Assembly (NCBI RefSeq): GCF_003367075.2
Contig: NZ_CP065936.1
Coordinates: 2,400,001 to 2,432,000, forward strand
DNA from: Cylindrospermopsis raciborskii Cr2010
GTDB lineage: Bacteria > Cyanobacteriota > Cyanobacteriia > Cyanobacteriales > Nostocaceae
DNA length: 32,000 nt
Direction of reading: 5' to 3'
In this document: piece by piece, positions 8,853 to 18,093 of the stretch
Layout: every line of letters starts with the position of its first letter
Position numbering within the stretch: position 1 is the first letter of the stretch
The notes under the pieces: generated by a model
The model's input: only the letters and a program-made list of their open reading frames with translations
What the model was told of the DNA's origin: nothing
Databases searched by the model: none
Program-made: the position numbers and the translations under genes

Positions 8853-9869
8853 ATGCTACCTACAAAAAGCTATTTACAACTTACTCCTGATTTACGAATT
8901 TGCCGCATTTTAAATGGAATGTGGCAGGTTTCTGGCGGACACGGACGCATTGTGCCAAAAAACGCTTTAAGTGCTATGTTCAAATATGTTGATGCTGGTT
9001 TTACTACCTGGGATCTGGCAGATCACTATGGCCCAGCAGAGGATTTAATCGGGGAGTTCCGTCGTCAGTTAATAGCACAGCGCGGAGAGTTAGCAGCTAA
9101 TAATATTCAAACCTTCACCAAATGGGTTCCCCGCCCTGTTAACATGACTAAGGGAATCGTTGAAGAAAATATTAATATTTCCTTAAAAAGGATGGATGTG
9201 CCATCTTTGGACCTAATGCAGTTTCATTGGTGGGAATATGGCAATTCTAACTATTTAAATGCCCTAAAATATATGGTAGAGTTACAAGCCCAGGGCAAAA
9301 TTAAACACTTAGCTTTGACTAACTTCGATACGGAACACTTGCAAATCATTACCCAAGCTGGCATAAGAATTGTTTCCAATCAAGTGCAATATTCTCTAGT
9401 TGATAGAAGACCAGAAGTGAATATGATTAAATTTTGTGAAGCACACAATATTAAGTTATTGACCTATGGTACTATTTGCGGTGGTTTTTTATCCGAAAAA
9501 TATTTGGGACAGTCAGAACCTCGCAGTTTTGATTTAAATACCATTAGCTTAAAAAAGTACAAAAACATGATTGATGCTTGGGGTGGATGGCAATTGTTCC
9601 AGTCCCTACTTACTACTCTTAAACAAATAGCAGACAAGCATCAAGCTAGTATTGCTAATGTGGCTATCAATTATATTCTAAAACAGCCAGCAGTAGCAGG
9701 TGTAATCGTAGGTGCAAGGCTGGGAATTAGCGAACACATAGCAGATAATCAGCGGGTTTTTGAGTTTGATTTGGATGATGAAGATATCAAAATCATCAAT
9801 AGGGTTTGCCAACAATCACGAGATTTGTATCAGGTCATAGGGGACTGTGGTGATGAGTACAGGAGATGA
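8853..9869 (+). CDS. aldo/keto reductase family oxidoreductase
   Basis: 338 aa. WDLADHYGPAE (catalytic D/Y region), IKHLALTNFD and NQVQYSL are typical AKR segments. Confidence 0.85.
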   Translation: MLPTKSYLQLTPDLRICRILNGMWQVSGGHGRIVPKNALSAMFKYVDAGFTTWDLADHYGPAEDLIGEFRRQLIAQRGELAANNIQTFTKWVPRPVNMTKGIVEENINISLKRMDVPSLDLMQFHWWEYGNSNYLNALKYMVELQAQGKIKHLALTNFDTEHLQIITQAGIRIVSNQVQYSLVDRRPEVNMIKFCEAHNIKLLTYGTICGGFLSEKYLGQSEPRSFDLNTISLKKYKNMIDAWGGWQLFQSLLTTLKQIADKHQASIANVAINYILKQPAVAGVIVGARLGISEHIADNQRVFEFDLDDEDIKIINRVCQQSRDLYQVIGDCGDEYRR

Positions 9870-9878
9870 GGAGAAGAT

Positions 9879-10112
9879 TTATGAGAAAATTTCCCATGCT
9901 TGTGCTACCAGCTGGCTCAGCCATCTTCTTTGTTGGCGGTCTAACATGGGATCCTCTTCCAGAACTTGAGCAGTTAAATCTTCTAGGGACTGCCCTTGGG
10001 CGCGACCTAACTGGACTAATCCTGCAATGGCGGCAGCTACTAACTCTTCATCAACGGGTTGTTGTCGTAGGGCGACGATTTCTTGAGGACTCTGTGGGAT
10101 AGGATAATTCAT
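9879..10112 (-). CDS. small acidic helical hypothetical protein (77 aa)
   Basis: Two nearly co-extensive ORFs exist on opposite strands. The minus-strand product (MNYPIPQSPQEIVALRQQPVDEELVAAAIAGL..) looks like a soluble helical protein. The plus-strand product is Arg-rich and irregular. The strand choice is a judgement call. Confidence 0.5.
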   Translation of the reverse strand: MNYPIPQSPQEIVALRQQPVDEELVAAAIAGLVQLGRAQGQSLEDLTAQVLEEDPMLDRQQRRWLSQLVAQAWEIFS

Positions 10113-10197
10113 GGCGCGAATTTAGGATAAATTTTTTAGGTAAGTTTAGGTACGTTTACAACAACATCACAAAAACATTGGGAGATATCACTAGAAA

Positions 10198-12270
10198 ATG
10201 AAAGAGCTTCTTTACTTAGAAATTCCCACCAGCGATAGTGGTGCTGTCCGGGACTGGCTACAAACAGAGTTTGTTCCGGGAGATGGAGAAAAATTACTAA
10301 CTCCACAAGGAGTTCGCGTGGTAAATGAGGAGTTATCTATTGAAAAACATTTAGCTACGGAACTCTCGATTTTTGTTTGGTCTGTACAGCGAACAACATA
10401 CTTGAAGGTGTTTCGTTGGGGAGATAAACCATTTAGAAGAGAAGGTTTAGTTTTACAACGCTTAACTATGGGTATTCGGAGCCGCTTTCCCCACCAATAC
10501 CCCGATCCCCCAAAGATTGACCCCCAAAGGTCAATTTTTACAGAATTAGAACCCTATTATCCTCTAACTGTCAAGTATTTTCAGAAAATTCCCAATGGGG
10601 AATATGATCTTAAACGTGTTTACTGGTGGGAGCAACGTTGGCGCGAAGGTGTCAAAAGTCCTCAGCAACCCCGTCAAGTAGTTTTTGACCACCAAACAAC
10701 CTCATCAGAAAACTCATCTGGCCCAATCTATGACCTAATCTATATCGGTGGCGCTTTGGGTTCAATCCATGCTGCAGTTATGGCTAGATTGGGTTATAAG
10801 GTGCTACTGATTGAAAGATTACCTTTTGGCAGAATGAATAGGGAATGGAATATTTCTCGGGATGAAATTCAAAGTCTAATCAATCTAAACTTACTTACAA
10901 ATGAAGAAGTAGAAACTATTATTGCTAGAGAGTATAAAGATGGTTTTAATAAGTTTTTTGATGCCAATAATCCATCTGACTTGCAAGCACCTGTATTACA
11001 CACACCTACGGTTCTGAATGTGGCTCTGGATGCTGAGATATTATTAACCCTGTGTGGACAAAAACTGCGAGATGCTGGTGGTGATATTTGGGATGAAACA
11101 GAATTTGTGCGAGCAGATGTCACTAGTTCACAAGTTAGTGTAACTGTCAAGAGTATAACTACAGGAAATGAGAAACTAGTAGGGGGTAGATTACTCATAG
11201 ATGCTATGGGTACTGCTTCTCCTATAGCTTGGCAATTAAATGGTGGTAGAGCTTTTGATAGTGTGTGTCCTACAGTGGGTGCTATTATAGAGAAGGGATT
11301 CGCTCCTGGAGTGTGGGACTCCCAGTATGGGGATGTTTTGTATAGTCATGGGGATATTTCTAGGGGAAGACAGTTAATTTGGGAGTTGTTTCCAGGAAAG
11401 GGGGAAGAACTGACAATTTATCTATTTCACTATCATCAGGTAAATGGTAAAAATCCCGGTTCTCTTTTGGAAATGTATGAGGACTTTTTTGCAATTTTAC
11501 CAGAATACCGCCGTTGTGACCTGGATAACCTGGTGTGGAAAAAGGCTACTTTTGGCTATATACCCGGGCATTTTAGTACCAGTAGTAGAGATCGCAAGGT
11601 GGCTTTTAACCGAGTAATTGCCATTGGTGATTCCGCTTCTTTACAATCTCCTTTAGTATTTACTGGTTTCGGTTCTCTGGTTCGCAACCTGGACCGTTTA
11701 ACGACTCTGTTGAATACTGCTTTAAAACATAATTTACTGAGTTTCACACATCTAAATAGAATTCGTGCCTACCAAAGTAACGTTTCTGTAACTTGGTTAT
11801 TCTCTAAAGGAATGATGGTTCCCACGGGGAAATTTATTCCTCCCCAAAGGGTAAATGCTATGCTCAATACCTTCTTTGGTTTGCTGGTAGATGAACCTTT
11901 ACAGGTAGTGGACAATTTTATTAAAGACCGCTGTGACTGGTTAACCTTTAATCGTCTAGCGATAAAAGCTGCTAGCAAAAATCCTGCTTTACTGATTTGG
12001 ATTTGGCAAATGGCGGGTTTTCAGGATCTAGTTAAATGGTTGGGCAATTATTTTAATTTTGGTGTTCATGCTCTGGTAAGCGCTTTGCTGGGAACCTGGT
12101 TCTCCCCATTCCTCCAATGGAATCAGTCCTGGTTGGAACCTAATTATCCCGCACTTTGGCTACAATTATTGGAAATTAATTATGCCATTACCATTGGGAG
12201 GCGTGTTAACACTCGATTTGTCACTTCCATTTCTTCAGATTTGTCTGTAGGTAAGTTTAGGAAGAGTTAA
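10198..12270 (+). CDS. FAD-dependent oxidoreductase, CruA/CruP-like (lycopene cyclase-type flavoprotein family)
   Basis: 690 aa. A dinucleotide-binding motif YDLIYIGGALGSIHAAVMARLGYKVLLIE starts at about aa 188, after an N-terminal extension of about 180 aa. GDSASLQSP is a late FAD motif. The C-terminus is hydrophobic. The size and layout match my memory of cyanobacterial CruA/CruP. The specific subfamily is not certain. Confidence 0.5.
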   Translation: MKELLYLEIPTSDSGAVRDWLQTEFVPGDGEKLLTPQGVRVVNEELSIEKHLATELSIFVWSVQRTTYLKVFRWGDKPFRREGLVLQRLTMGIRSRFPHQYPDPPKIDPQRSIFTELEPYYPLTVKYFQKIPNGEYDLKRVYWWEQRWREGVKSPQQPRQVVFDHQTTSSENSSGPIYDLIYIGGALGSIHAAVMARLGYKVLLIERLPFGRMNREWNISRDEIQSLINLNLLTNEEVETIIAREYKDGFNKFFDANNPSDLQAPVLHTPTVLNVALDAEILLTLCGQKLRDAGGDIWDETEFVRADVTSSQVSVTVKSITTGNEKLVGGRLLIDAMGTASPIAWQLNGGRAFDSVCPTVGAIIEKGFAPGVWDSQYGDVLYSHGDISRGRQLIWELFPGKGEELTIYLFHYHQVNGKNPGSLLEMYEDFFAILPEYRRCDLDNLVWKKATFGYIPGHFSTSSRDRKVAFNRVIAIGDSASLQSPLVFTGFGSLVRNLDRLTTLLNTALKHNLLSFTHLNRIRAYQSNVSVTWLFSKGMMVPTGKFIPPQRVNAMLNTFFGLLVDEPLQVVDNFIKDRCDWLTFNRLAIKAASKNPALLIWIWQMAGFQDLVKWLGNYFNFGVHALVSALLGTWFSPFLQWNQSWLEPNYPALWLQLLEINYAITIGRRVNTRFVTSISSDLSVGKFRKS

Positions 12271-13469
12271 CGAGCGTCTTGATTTTGAGACTGAGGTGGG
12301 AAATTTGGCAGCTCTACTGCTGCTAAGGTTTTTCTCACTTTCACCGTTCGACCAGGGTAAATCAAAGGTGAAGGTGATTTCTCTTCTGAATCTTGCTCTA
12401 AAGGTTCTACAGGGGAGAAGTTATTAGACGAATTATTAATTTTATTAATTGACCATTGTAGATCGTAATTATTTTGTTGGTCACTGGTGTTCATGTTGAT
12501 GGTATTTATGGGACAATCAGATAACAAGTTCACTTTGGGTAAATTATTTATATCTTTTGAACTTTCTGAAGTCATGGTTGGTCTAGGTTCATTTTCCTCT
12601 GGATTTGAGTCTATGATATTGGTCTCCTTGGTATTATTTGTCCGATTTGTATTTGATATATCTGACACATCGGGATTAGAAGCAAAAAACACGGACAGAA
12701 TATCTTCCAATCTCTGATCTACATGGGAAGTCTCTTCGGGGACATCCATTGTGTTTTCTGTGGGTTGGTTAAATTCTGAGTCTACATAGTCCATTGCTGA
12801 CCAAGGTCTAATGGGTTCCCTGTGTGATAATAAAGACTGCACTTTTTTATAAAATCTGCTGTCCTCCGTATTTACATCTAAATAACAAGCATTATCATCT
12901 ATTTCTTGATCGCTAGAAGCAGGATTATCTAAACACTTTTCCAAAGCAGCTTTAAACTGTAGGGTTTGACGCTGTTGTCTTAAAAGTCGCATACCTAATT
13001 CACGACAGGTATTTTCTGACTGTAGTAACTGTTGAGATTGTTCACTACATTTAGTTTGTAGAAGGGTACATTCTCTTTCTAGTTGGGCGATTCTTTGTTG
13101 ATTTATTTGCGATTCTGCTTTATGGGTTTCAATAAACATCTCCTGACTTTCCATATTTTGCAAAGCAGTTTCCAATTGCTGGGAAAGGGACTGTATTCGC
13201 TCTTGAGCAGCTGTTATCTCCTGATTCTGCTGATTTAACATGGATTCGCTGACGCTAGAGCGTTTTTTTTGCCACTGTAGAATTTTTTCCGCTTCCCCTA
13301 ATTCCTTGTTTAACTTCTCCAATTTTCTACATAAATCATTGTTAACATTTTTTAGTTCTTGATTTAAGGTTACTAACTGTTGTATTTCTGAATCTACCAT
13401 GACTTGTTTCTCTCTGTATAATTGTAAAATAATAGAAAGGTTATGGGAGCCATACCGGGTTAAATCCAT
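12267..13469 (-). CDS. coiled-coil protein with long Asn/Ser/Asp/Glu/Pro-rich disordered C-terminal half
   Basis: 400-aa ORF. aa ~25-180 are heptad-like and Q/E/L-rich (QQLVTLNQELKNVNNDL..ERECTLLQTKCSEQSQQLL). The remainder is low complexity. Start ATG 13469 overlaps the upstream gene by 29 nt. The alternative start ATG 13400 (MVDSEIQQ..) sits right at the coiled-coil onset. Confidence 0.65.
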   Translation of the reverse strand: MDLTRYGSHNLSIILQLYREKQVMVDSEIQQLVTLNQELKNVNNDLCRKLEKLNKELGEAEKILQWQKKRSSVSESMLNQQNQEITAAQERIQSLSQQLETALQNMESQEMFIETHKAESQINQQRIAQLERECTLLQTKCSEQSQQLLQSENTCRELGMRLLRQQRQTLQFKAALEKCLDNPASSDQEIDDNACYLDVNTEDSRFYKKVQSLLSHREPIRPWSAMDYVDSEFNQPTENTMDVPEETSHVDQRLEDILSVFFASNPDVSDISNTNRTNNTKETNIIDSNPEENEPRPTMTSESSKDINNLPKVNLLSDCPINTINMNTSDQQNNYDLQWSINKINNSSNNFSPVEPLEQDSEEKSPSPLIYPGRTVKVRKTLAAVELPNFPPQSQNQDAR

Positions 13470-14952
13470 CCATAGGAAGTGTTTCCGGTTTAATCAGAGA
13501 CTTGCCTTGATCTTCAGCAATCGGTACTAGGGGCATAAACCATAGACTACTTTTGGCGATCGCCTCTCCATCATTGGTTTTCAAGATACTAGGTGGTAAG
13601 GAAAGGGAGTTATTACTTACAGGTACAATTTGGTCAAACAAAACTGCTAAACCATCGGGAGCTAGGCTCATTTGTACATTTCTTTGTCCTAATGGTAACA
13701 TTAAAATTGGTTTATACTTTTTTGTATCCAGATTGATCGCCACCAGGTAAGGTTGTTCCACATATTTGTCTTGTGATACTAAACTAGTTAATAAGCAGTA
13801 GAGAGTGGGTGAGGAAGGATCAAAACTGCAGTAAAGTATGGATCCTGAGGTTTTTAGTAATGGTTTCTGAACTCCTTGATTGGTAACCAAGAATAAATCT
13901 CTAGTATAATCGCTATTAAATTTTACCATAGCAGCTTGGGAACCATCTTTAGAAAAGGCTTGTACCAAACCAAACTGAGGTAAAAAGTCCAATGGTTTAC
14001 TTGTATCTCCTGCTAGGGATAAAATCGCAGTTCCTTGTCCTTGGGCAACTGCTACTGCTTTGCTATCCGGTGTAATGATAAAGTCACCTGCTGGTTTACC
14101 TTCTAAGCGTTTTAGTGTTACTTTTCCATTGGAATCTAGGTTATCCAGGGATGAATACCATAGTCCAAAATCTCCAGGATTATCTTTTTTACCTCTTTGA
14201 ACCACAATAGTTTCCCCGTCAGGGGACAAGTCAAACTTGAGGTTTTGATACTCTTGACTGTCCAACATTAAACCCAGTTTACCTGCTGGTTCTGATTTTT
14301 GTTCTTGTCCATTAACTATTCCTGTAGTCACTGTATAAATTTTCGCCGACAGTAAATCTGGATTATTACTTGCACGAGCGGAAAACAGGATTTTATCCCC
14401 TATAGGAAATGGCTCAAAGTCCATAACAATTAAATCCCTGGGGGTAAGTATGGTTTTCTGCTCTTGGGTTAAGTTATAAAGAACCAACCTACCATATTCC
14501 TGGGGACTTGCACCAATATAGACTAACGCACGATTGCGAGTAGAGAAACTACCCGTAAAAGATTTGATTAGTCTATTGCTATTCTGACTGCGGGAAAATT
14601 TGTCCTTGGCTTTATTTAACGAAACTTGATAATTTGTGCCATAGGGAGCTGGTGTTAATAGTGTGTAGACCATCCTTTTCCCCGCCCAGCTGATTTTACC
14701 AGCTAGTGGTGGGGTAATTTGCAAATTATCCTCCACACTTTTAGCATCCATGGGACGACTAAAGACCAGACTAAATGCAGTATCTTCAGCACCAATCTGT
14801 CGATCTTGCCAACTAAAACTGCGCACAGTGGGTTTTACACCATCCCCCTGAGCAATAGTTATTCCAATCAACAAACCTAACACTAATATCAGGGCGATCG
14901 CCGCACGATCTAGTTGTGAAACAGACAAAATAGATTTATAGGTTTTAGTCAT
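13441..14952 (-). CDS. N-terminally anchored periplasmic protein with Ig-like domain and TolB-like beta-propeller region
   Basis: ORF 13441..14988. The preferred start is ATG 14952 (MTKTYKSILSVSQLDRAAIALILVLGLLIGI = TM/signal anchor). Next comes FSLVFSRPMD..SVEDNLQITPPLAG..W, an SbsA-type Ig-like pattern. After that are repeated LSPDG/ITPDS/FSKDG/LAPDG blades typical of TolB/WD40-like propellers. Confidence 0.6.
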   Translation of the reverse strand: MTKTYKSILSVSQLDRAAIALILVLGLLIGITIAQGDGVKPTVRSFSWQDRQIGAEDTAFSLVFSRPMDAKSVEDNLQITPPLAGKISWAGKRMVYTLLTPAPYGTNYQVSLNKAKDKFSRSQNSNRLIKSFTGSFSTRNRALVYIGASPQEYGRLVLYNLTQEQKTILTPRDLIVMDFEPFPIGDKILFSARASNNPDLLSAKIYTVTTGIVNGQEQKSEPAGKLGLMLDSQEYQNLKFDLSPDGETIVVQRGKKDNPGDFGLWYSSLDNLDSNGKVTLKRLEGKPAGDFIITPDSKAVAVAQGQGTAILSLAGDTSKPLDFLPQFGLVQAFSKDGSQAAMVKFNSDYTRDLFLVTNQGVQKPLLKTSGSILYCSFDPSSPTLYCLLTSLVSQDKYVEQPYLVAINLDTKKYKPILMLPLGQRNVQMSLAPDGLAVLFDQIVPVSNNSLSLPPSILKTNDGEAIAKSSLWFMPLVPIAEDQGKSLIKPETLPMDGFNPVWLP

Positions 14953-15041
14953 CGGTAGAAATGGAAAATAATTCCTGTACAAATGCAAACAAATCTAAAC
15001 AAGTCTCGGGTTAATTAACATATTTTAGTCACCTAATACAC

Positions 15042-15818
15042 CTAATAACTGTAAGGATTTTTGGGCTGGGGAATTTTGCGGATAGAATTAGCCTTAATAG
15101 TGAGTCGGCGTTTACCAGCAATATTGGCCGTGATCATTTGTCCTTCCACTTCTAACCAGGTATCTGGGGGATATTGGTCGCGATTAGTGGGGAGTTGGAC
15201 AGGTAATCCAGCGGGATAAACGTCCGCAGCACAACAAGTAATCACAAACCTAGCTAAGATAAGATGGTCCAGATTGAGTTCCTGGGAGTGAATCACAAAC
15301 CCTTGAACTTTGACCTTCTGTCCAGTATAAGCGTCCGGTTCTGGATAGACATTGAGTATTCTTACCCAATCTATTAGAGTTCGCTCTTCTGGACGGGTAT
15401 TAGCGCGAAAGGACTGGGGTTGAGTCCGTGTTGCTCCTAGTATTTCCGTAACTTCTCGATTCAGTGCTGTTTGGGAAGCAAAGACTTGAGGACTAATAAT
15501 AAATCCTAAAACCGCAGCAACTAATAGCAAGCTGCTACTCCACCCAGGGGGAAACACATTAATATGTTGTTCACCACTGGTGATTTGATCGGGAGGAATT
15601 TTGTGCCAAAGTTGCAAACTTTTACAAAAACTCATGGTCAGTAAACCAATAGCAGCTACAATAACTAACCAAAAGAAATCAGGGTGAATTAAGAGATTCA
15701 GTTTATTGGTTAGCCAGTACTTCAAGATTAGCACTCCCCAAGCAGCAATGGCTACTACCTCTAACCAAGGGAGTAAATGATTAGGCGTTTGGGATTTAGC
15801 ATTTCGTAGTGAAGTCAT
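15042..15818 (-). CDS. TIGR03943/DUF1980-family membrane protein (partner of COG0701 permease)
   Basis: 258 aa. It has two or three N-terminal TM helices. The C-terminal domain carries the FVITCCAADV double-Cys segment. It sits 24 nt downstream of a COG0701 permease, which is the conserved pairing. Confidence 0.65.
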   Translation of the reverse strand: MTSLRNAKSQTPNHLLPWLEVVAIAAWGVLILKYWLTNKLNLLIHPDFFWLVIVAAIGLLTMSFCKSLQLWHKIPPDQITSGEQHINVFPPGWSSSLLLVAAVLGFIISPQVFASQTALNREVTEILGATRTQPQSFRANTRPEERTLIDWVRILNVYPEPDAYTGQKVKVQGFVIHSQELNLDHLILARFVITCCAADVYPAGLPVQLPTNRDQYPPDTWLEVEGQMITANIAGKRRLTIKANSIRKIPQPKNPYSY

Positions 15819-15842
15819 ACACGTAAAATCACAGCATTTAAG

Positions 15843-16889
15843 CTACATGATGTGGAGATTTAAAAACAAGGTAAATAAAAGTGTCAATTGACCTGCTAAG
15901 GCAAATAAATAAAACAGAGCTTTTGGTTTGAAAACAGATAACATTAATCCCACACCCTTAATGTCAATCATTGGACCGAAGACAAGAAAGGCTAATAAAG
16001 ATCCACTAGTAAAAGTTGAAGCGAAGGAGAGGGCAAAAAAGGAGTCAACCGTGGAACAAATTGATACCACTGTAGCTAGTAACAACATGGTAAGAATTGA
16101 ACTAATTGGCCCCGCACCCAAACTGAGAATCACATCTCGGGGGGCTAATACTTGAATAGCTGCTGCTATGGCACTACCTAGTACCATTATGGCTCCTAAT
16201 TCTCGGAGTTCCTGGATAGCATTATCTAAAACCAGGCCCAGTTTCCCAATTAAAGTTCTGTTGGGTGTTTTTACAACTGTTTGAGAAAAATTTCCACTTA
16301 ACCTGGTGGATATACCTGCTTTACCACCGAGGATATAGGTTCCCGATTGCAAAAGGGGACTGGGGGTTGTAACCTGTTCTTGTAATTGTGGGGTTTTTGG
16401 TTCTGTCTGTGCTGGGGGGTTAAATTTCAAATAGCGGGCAATCTGGGGTTGCAGGTAAGGAGTAATATCCTTTTGAAAGCTGAACACAAAGCCAATAATA
16501 GTAGCAATTGATAAGGATAAAACCACTCTTAAAACTACTATTTCCGGTTGATCCCTAAATGCAGTCCACGTTGCCCAAATCACAATTGGGTTGATAGTTG
16601 GTGCTGCTAGCAAAAAACCAATAGCAACCGACGTGGGCACTCCTTGCATTAGTAATCGTCTAGCTACTGGTACGTTACCACACTCGCAAACTGGAAATAA
16701 AAAGCCAATCATGCTGCCAAACAAAGCTCCCAGGAAGGGATTTTTAGGCATTATATCTACAAGTTTGCGCTCTTCAACGAAAAACAACAACAAGCTAGAA
16801 AATAAAACACCTAAAAGCAAAAAAGGCATTGCCTCGACCAGCAGACTTAGAAATAGAGTAAAACCATTATTTAATTGACTTATCATCAT
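15843..16889 (-). CDS. COG0701/DUF318 family permease (ArsP-like)
   Basis: 348 aa and polytopic. It has the characteristic FPVCECGNVPVARRL motif and a second half related to the first, repeating the membrane topology. Confidence 0.75.
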   Translation of the reverse strand: MMISQLNNGFTLFLSLLVEAMPFLLLGVLFSSLLLFFVEERKLVDIMPKNPFLGALFGSMIGFLFPVCECGNVPVARRLLMQGVPTSVAIGFLLAAPTINPIVIWATWTAFRDQPEIVVLRVVLSLSIATIIGFVFSFQKDITPYLQPQIARYLKFNPPAQTEPKTPQLQEQVTTPSPLLQSGTYILGGKAGISTRLSGNFSQTVVKTPNRTLIGKLGLVLDNAIQELRELGAIMVLGSAIAAAIQVLAPRDVILSLGAGPISSILTMLLLATVVSICSTVDSFFALSFASTFTSGSLLAFLVFGPMIDIKGVGLMLSVFKPKALFYLFALAGQLTLLFTLFLNLHIM

Positions 16890-16997
16890 TTCGTCTTAGT
16901 CAAAAGCGATTTGGTAACTTTAGGTTATACCCAGTTATTCTATCTAAATATTGGTCAAATCGGGAATGGGGATCAGGGGAGATTCCCCCTGATAGAA

Positions 16998-18041
16998 TTA
17001 GAGAAACCAACCGTAGGAATGTAAGCCTTTACCCAACAGATTTACGCCTAAATAGCAGGTCCAAACCACTAAAAAACCACCAGCTGCTAAAATTGCTGGT
17101 TTTCTTCCTTGCCAACCACGGGTAATTCTGGCGTGAAGATAAGCAGCAAAAACCAACCAGGTAATTAGGGCCCAAGTTTCTTTTGGATCCCAACTCCAAT
17201 AGGAACCCCACGCCTCATTGGCCCAAACGCCACCAGCAATAATACCTATTGTTAGTAAGGGAAAACCAAGACCAATTACCCGATAGCTAATATTGTCCAA
17301 GGTTTCCGCTAGGGTCAGACGTTGGGGAGAAAGGGTTGTAACTGGTGATATATGGTCAGCTTTCACCACTTCTAAAACTGCTGTACTATATCCATTACCA
17401 TTTTGATTGCTTTCTACCCGGGCAAAACCATTCTTTTCTCCTCCAGAACCTTCCATCATTAATTCCTGGGATTTGAGCAGTTTATAACCATTGGTACGAT
17501 AACCACCATTACCTACCGAACTACCCTGTAATTCAATATTTTGACCCTGGGTGACAATTAAAAAGGCGATCGCCAGTAAAGAACCTACCATTAAAGCTGA
17601 ATAGCTTAACATCATCACACTGACGTGCATCATTAGCCAGTTAGACTTAAGAGCTGGTACTAGTGGTTCTGAATTTTGCATTTGCGATGGTAGGGTGAGG
17701 GTAGCAAAAGCGGTAATACCCATGGCTACGGGAGCAGTTACTACGCCTACCAATCTGCTACGACTAGTATATTCGGCAATTAAATGAATAGCAGTAATTC
17801 CCCAGGTGAGAAAAAATAGGGATTCATAAAGATTACTCAAAGGGAAATAACCCGCCTCCATCCATCTTGCTGTTAATAGAACAGCAATGGACAAATTGGC
17901 AATGGCCATTCCAGCGGTTCCCAGTGCTGCGGTGATGGAAAAACTAGGAAAAGCTGTCCCCACCCAATATATCAGCATGGTACAGAACAAAATAGCAAAG
18001 GAAGCATTATCTAGCCAATTCTGGAGTACAACCAGATTCAT
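16998..18041 (-). CDS. ccsA: cytochrome c biogenesis protein CcsA (system II heme handling)
   Basis: 347 aa and polytopic. It has the WWD-type motif [23 protein letters not shown] and the conserved His in LHARI. Confidence 0.9.
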   Translation of the reverse strand: MNLVVLQNWLDNASFAILFCTMLIYWVGTAFPSFSITAALGTAGMAIANLSIAVLLTARWMEAGYFPLSNLYESLFFLTWGITAIHLIAEYTSRSRLVGVVTAPVAMGITAFATLTLPSQMQNSEPLVPALKSNWLMMHVSVMMLSYSALMVGSLLAIAFLIVTQGQNIELQGSSVGNGGYRTNGYKLLKSQELMMEGSGGEKNGFARVESNQNGNGYSTAVLEVVKADHISPVTTLSPQRLTLAETLDNISYRVIGLGFPLLTIGIIAGGVWANEAWGSYWSWDPKETWALITWLVFAAYLHARITRGWQGRKPAILAAGGFLVVWTCYLGVNLLGKGLHSYGWFL

Positions 18042-18093
18042 AAAAAGTTCTCCGGTATCTACAACCTACTCAAGTCCACTCGTGCATCAGAAA

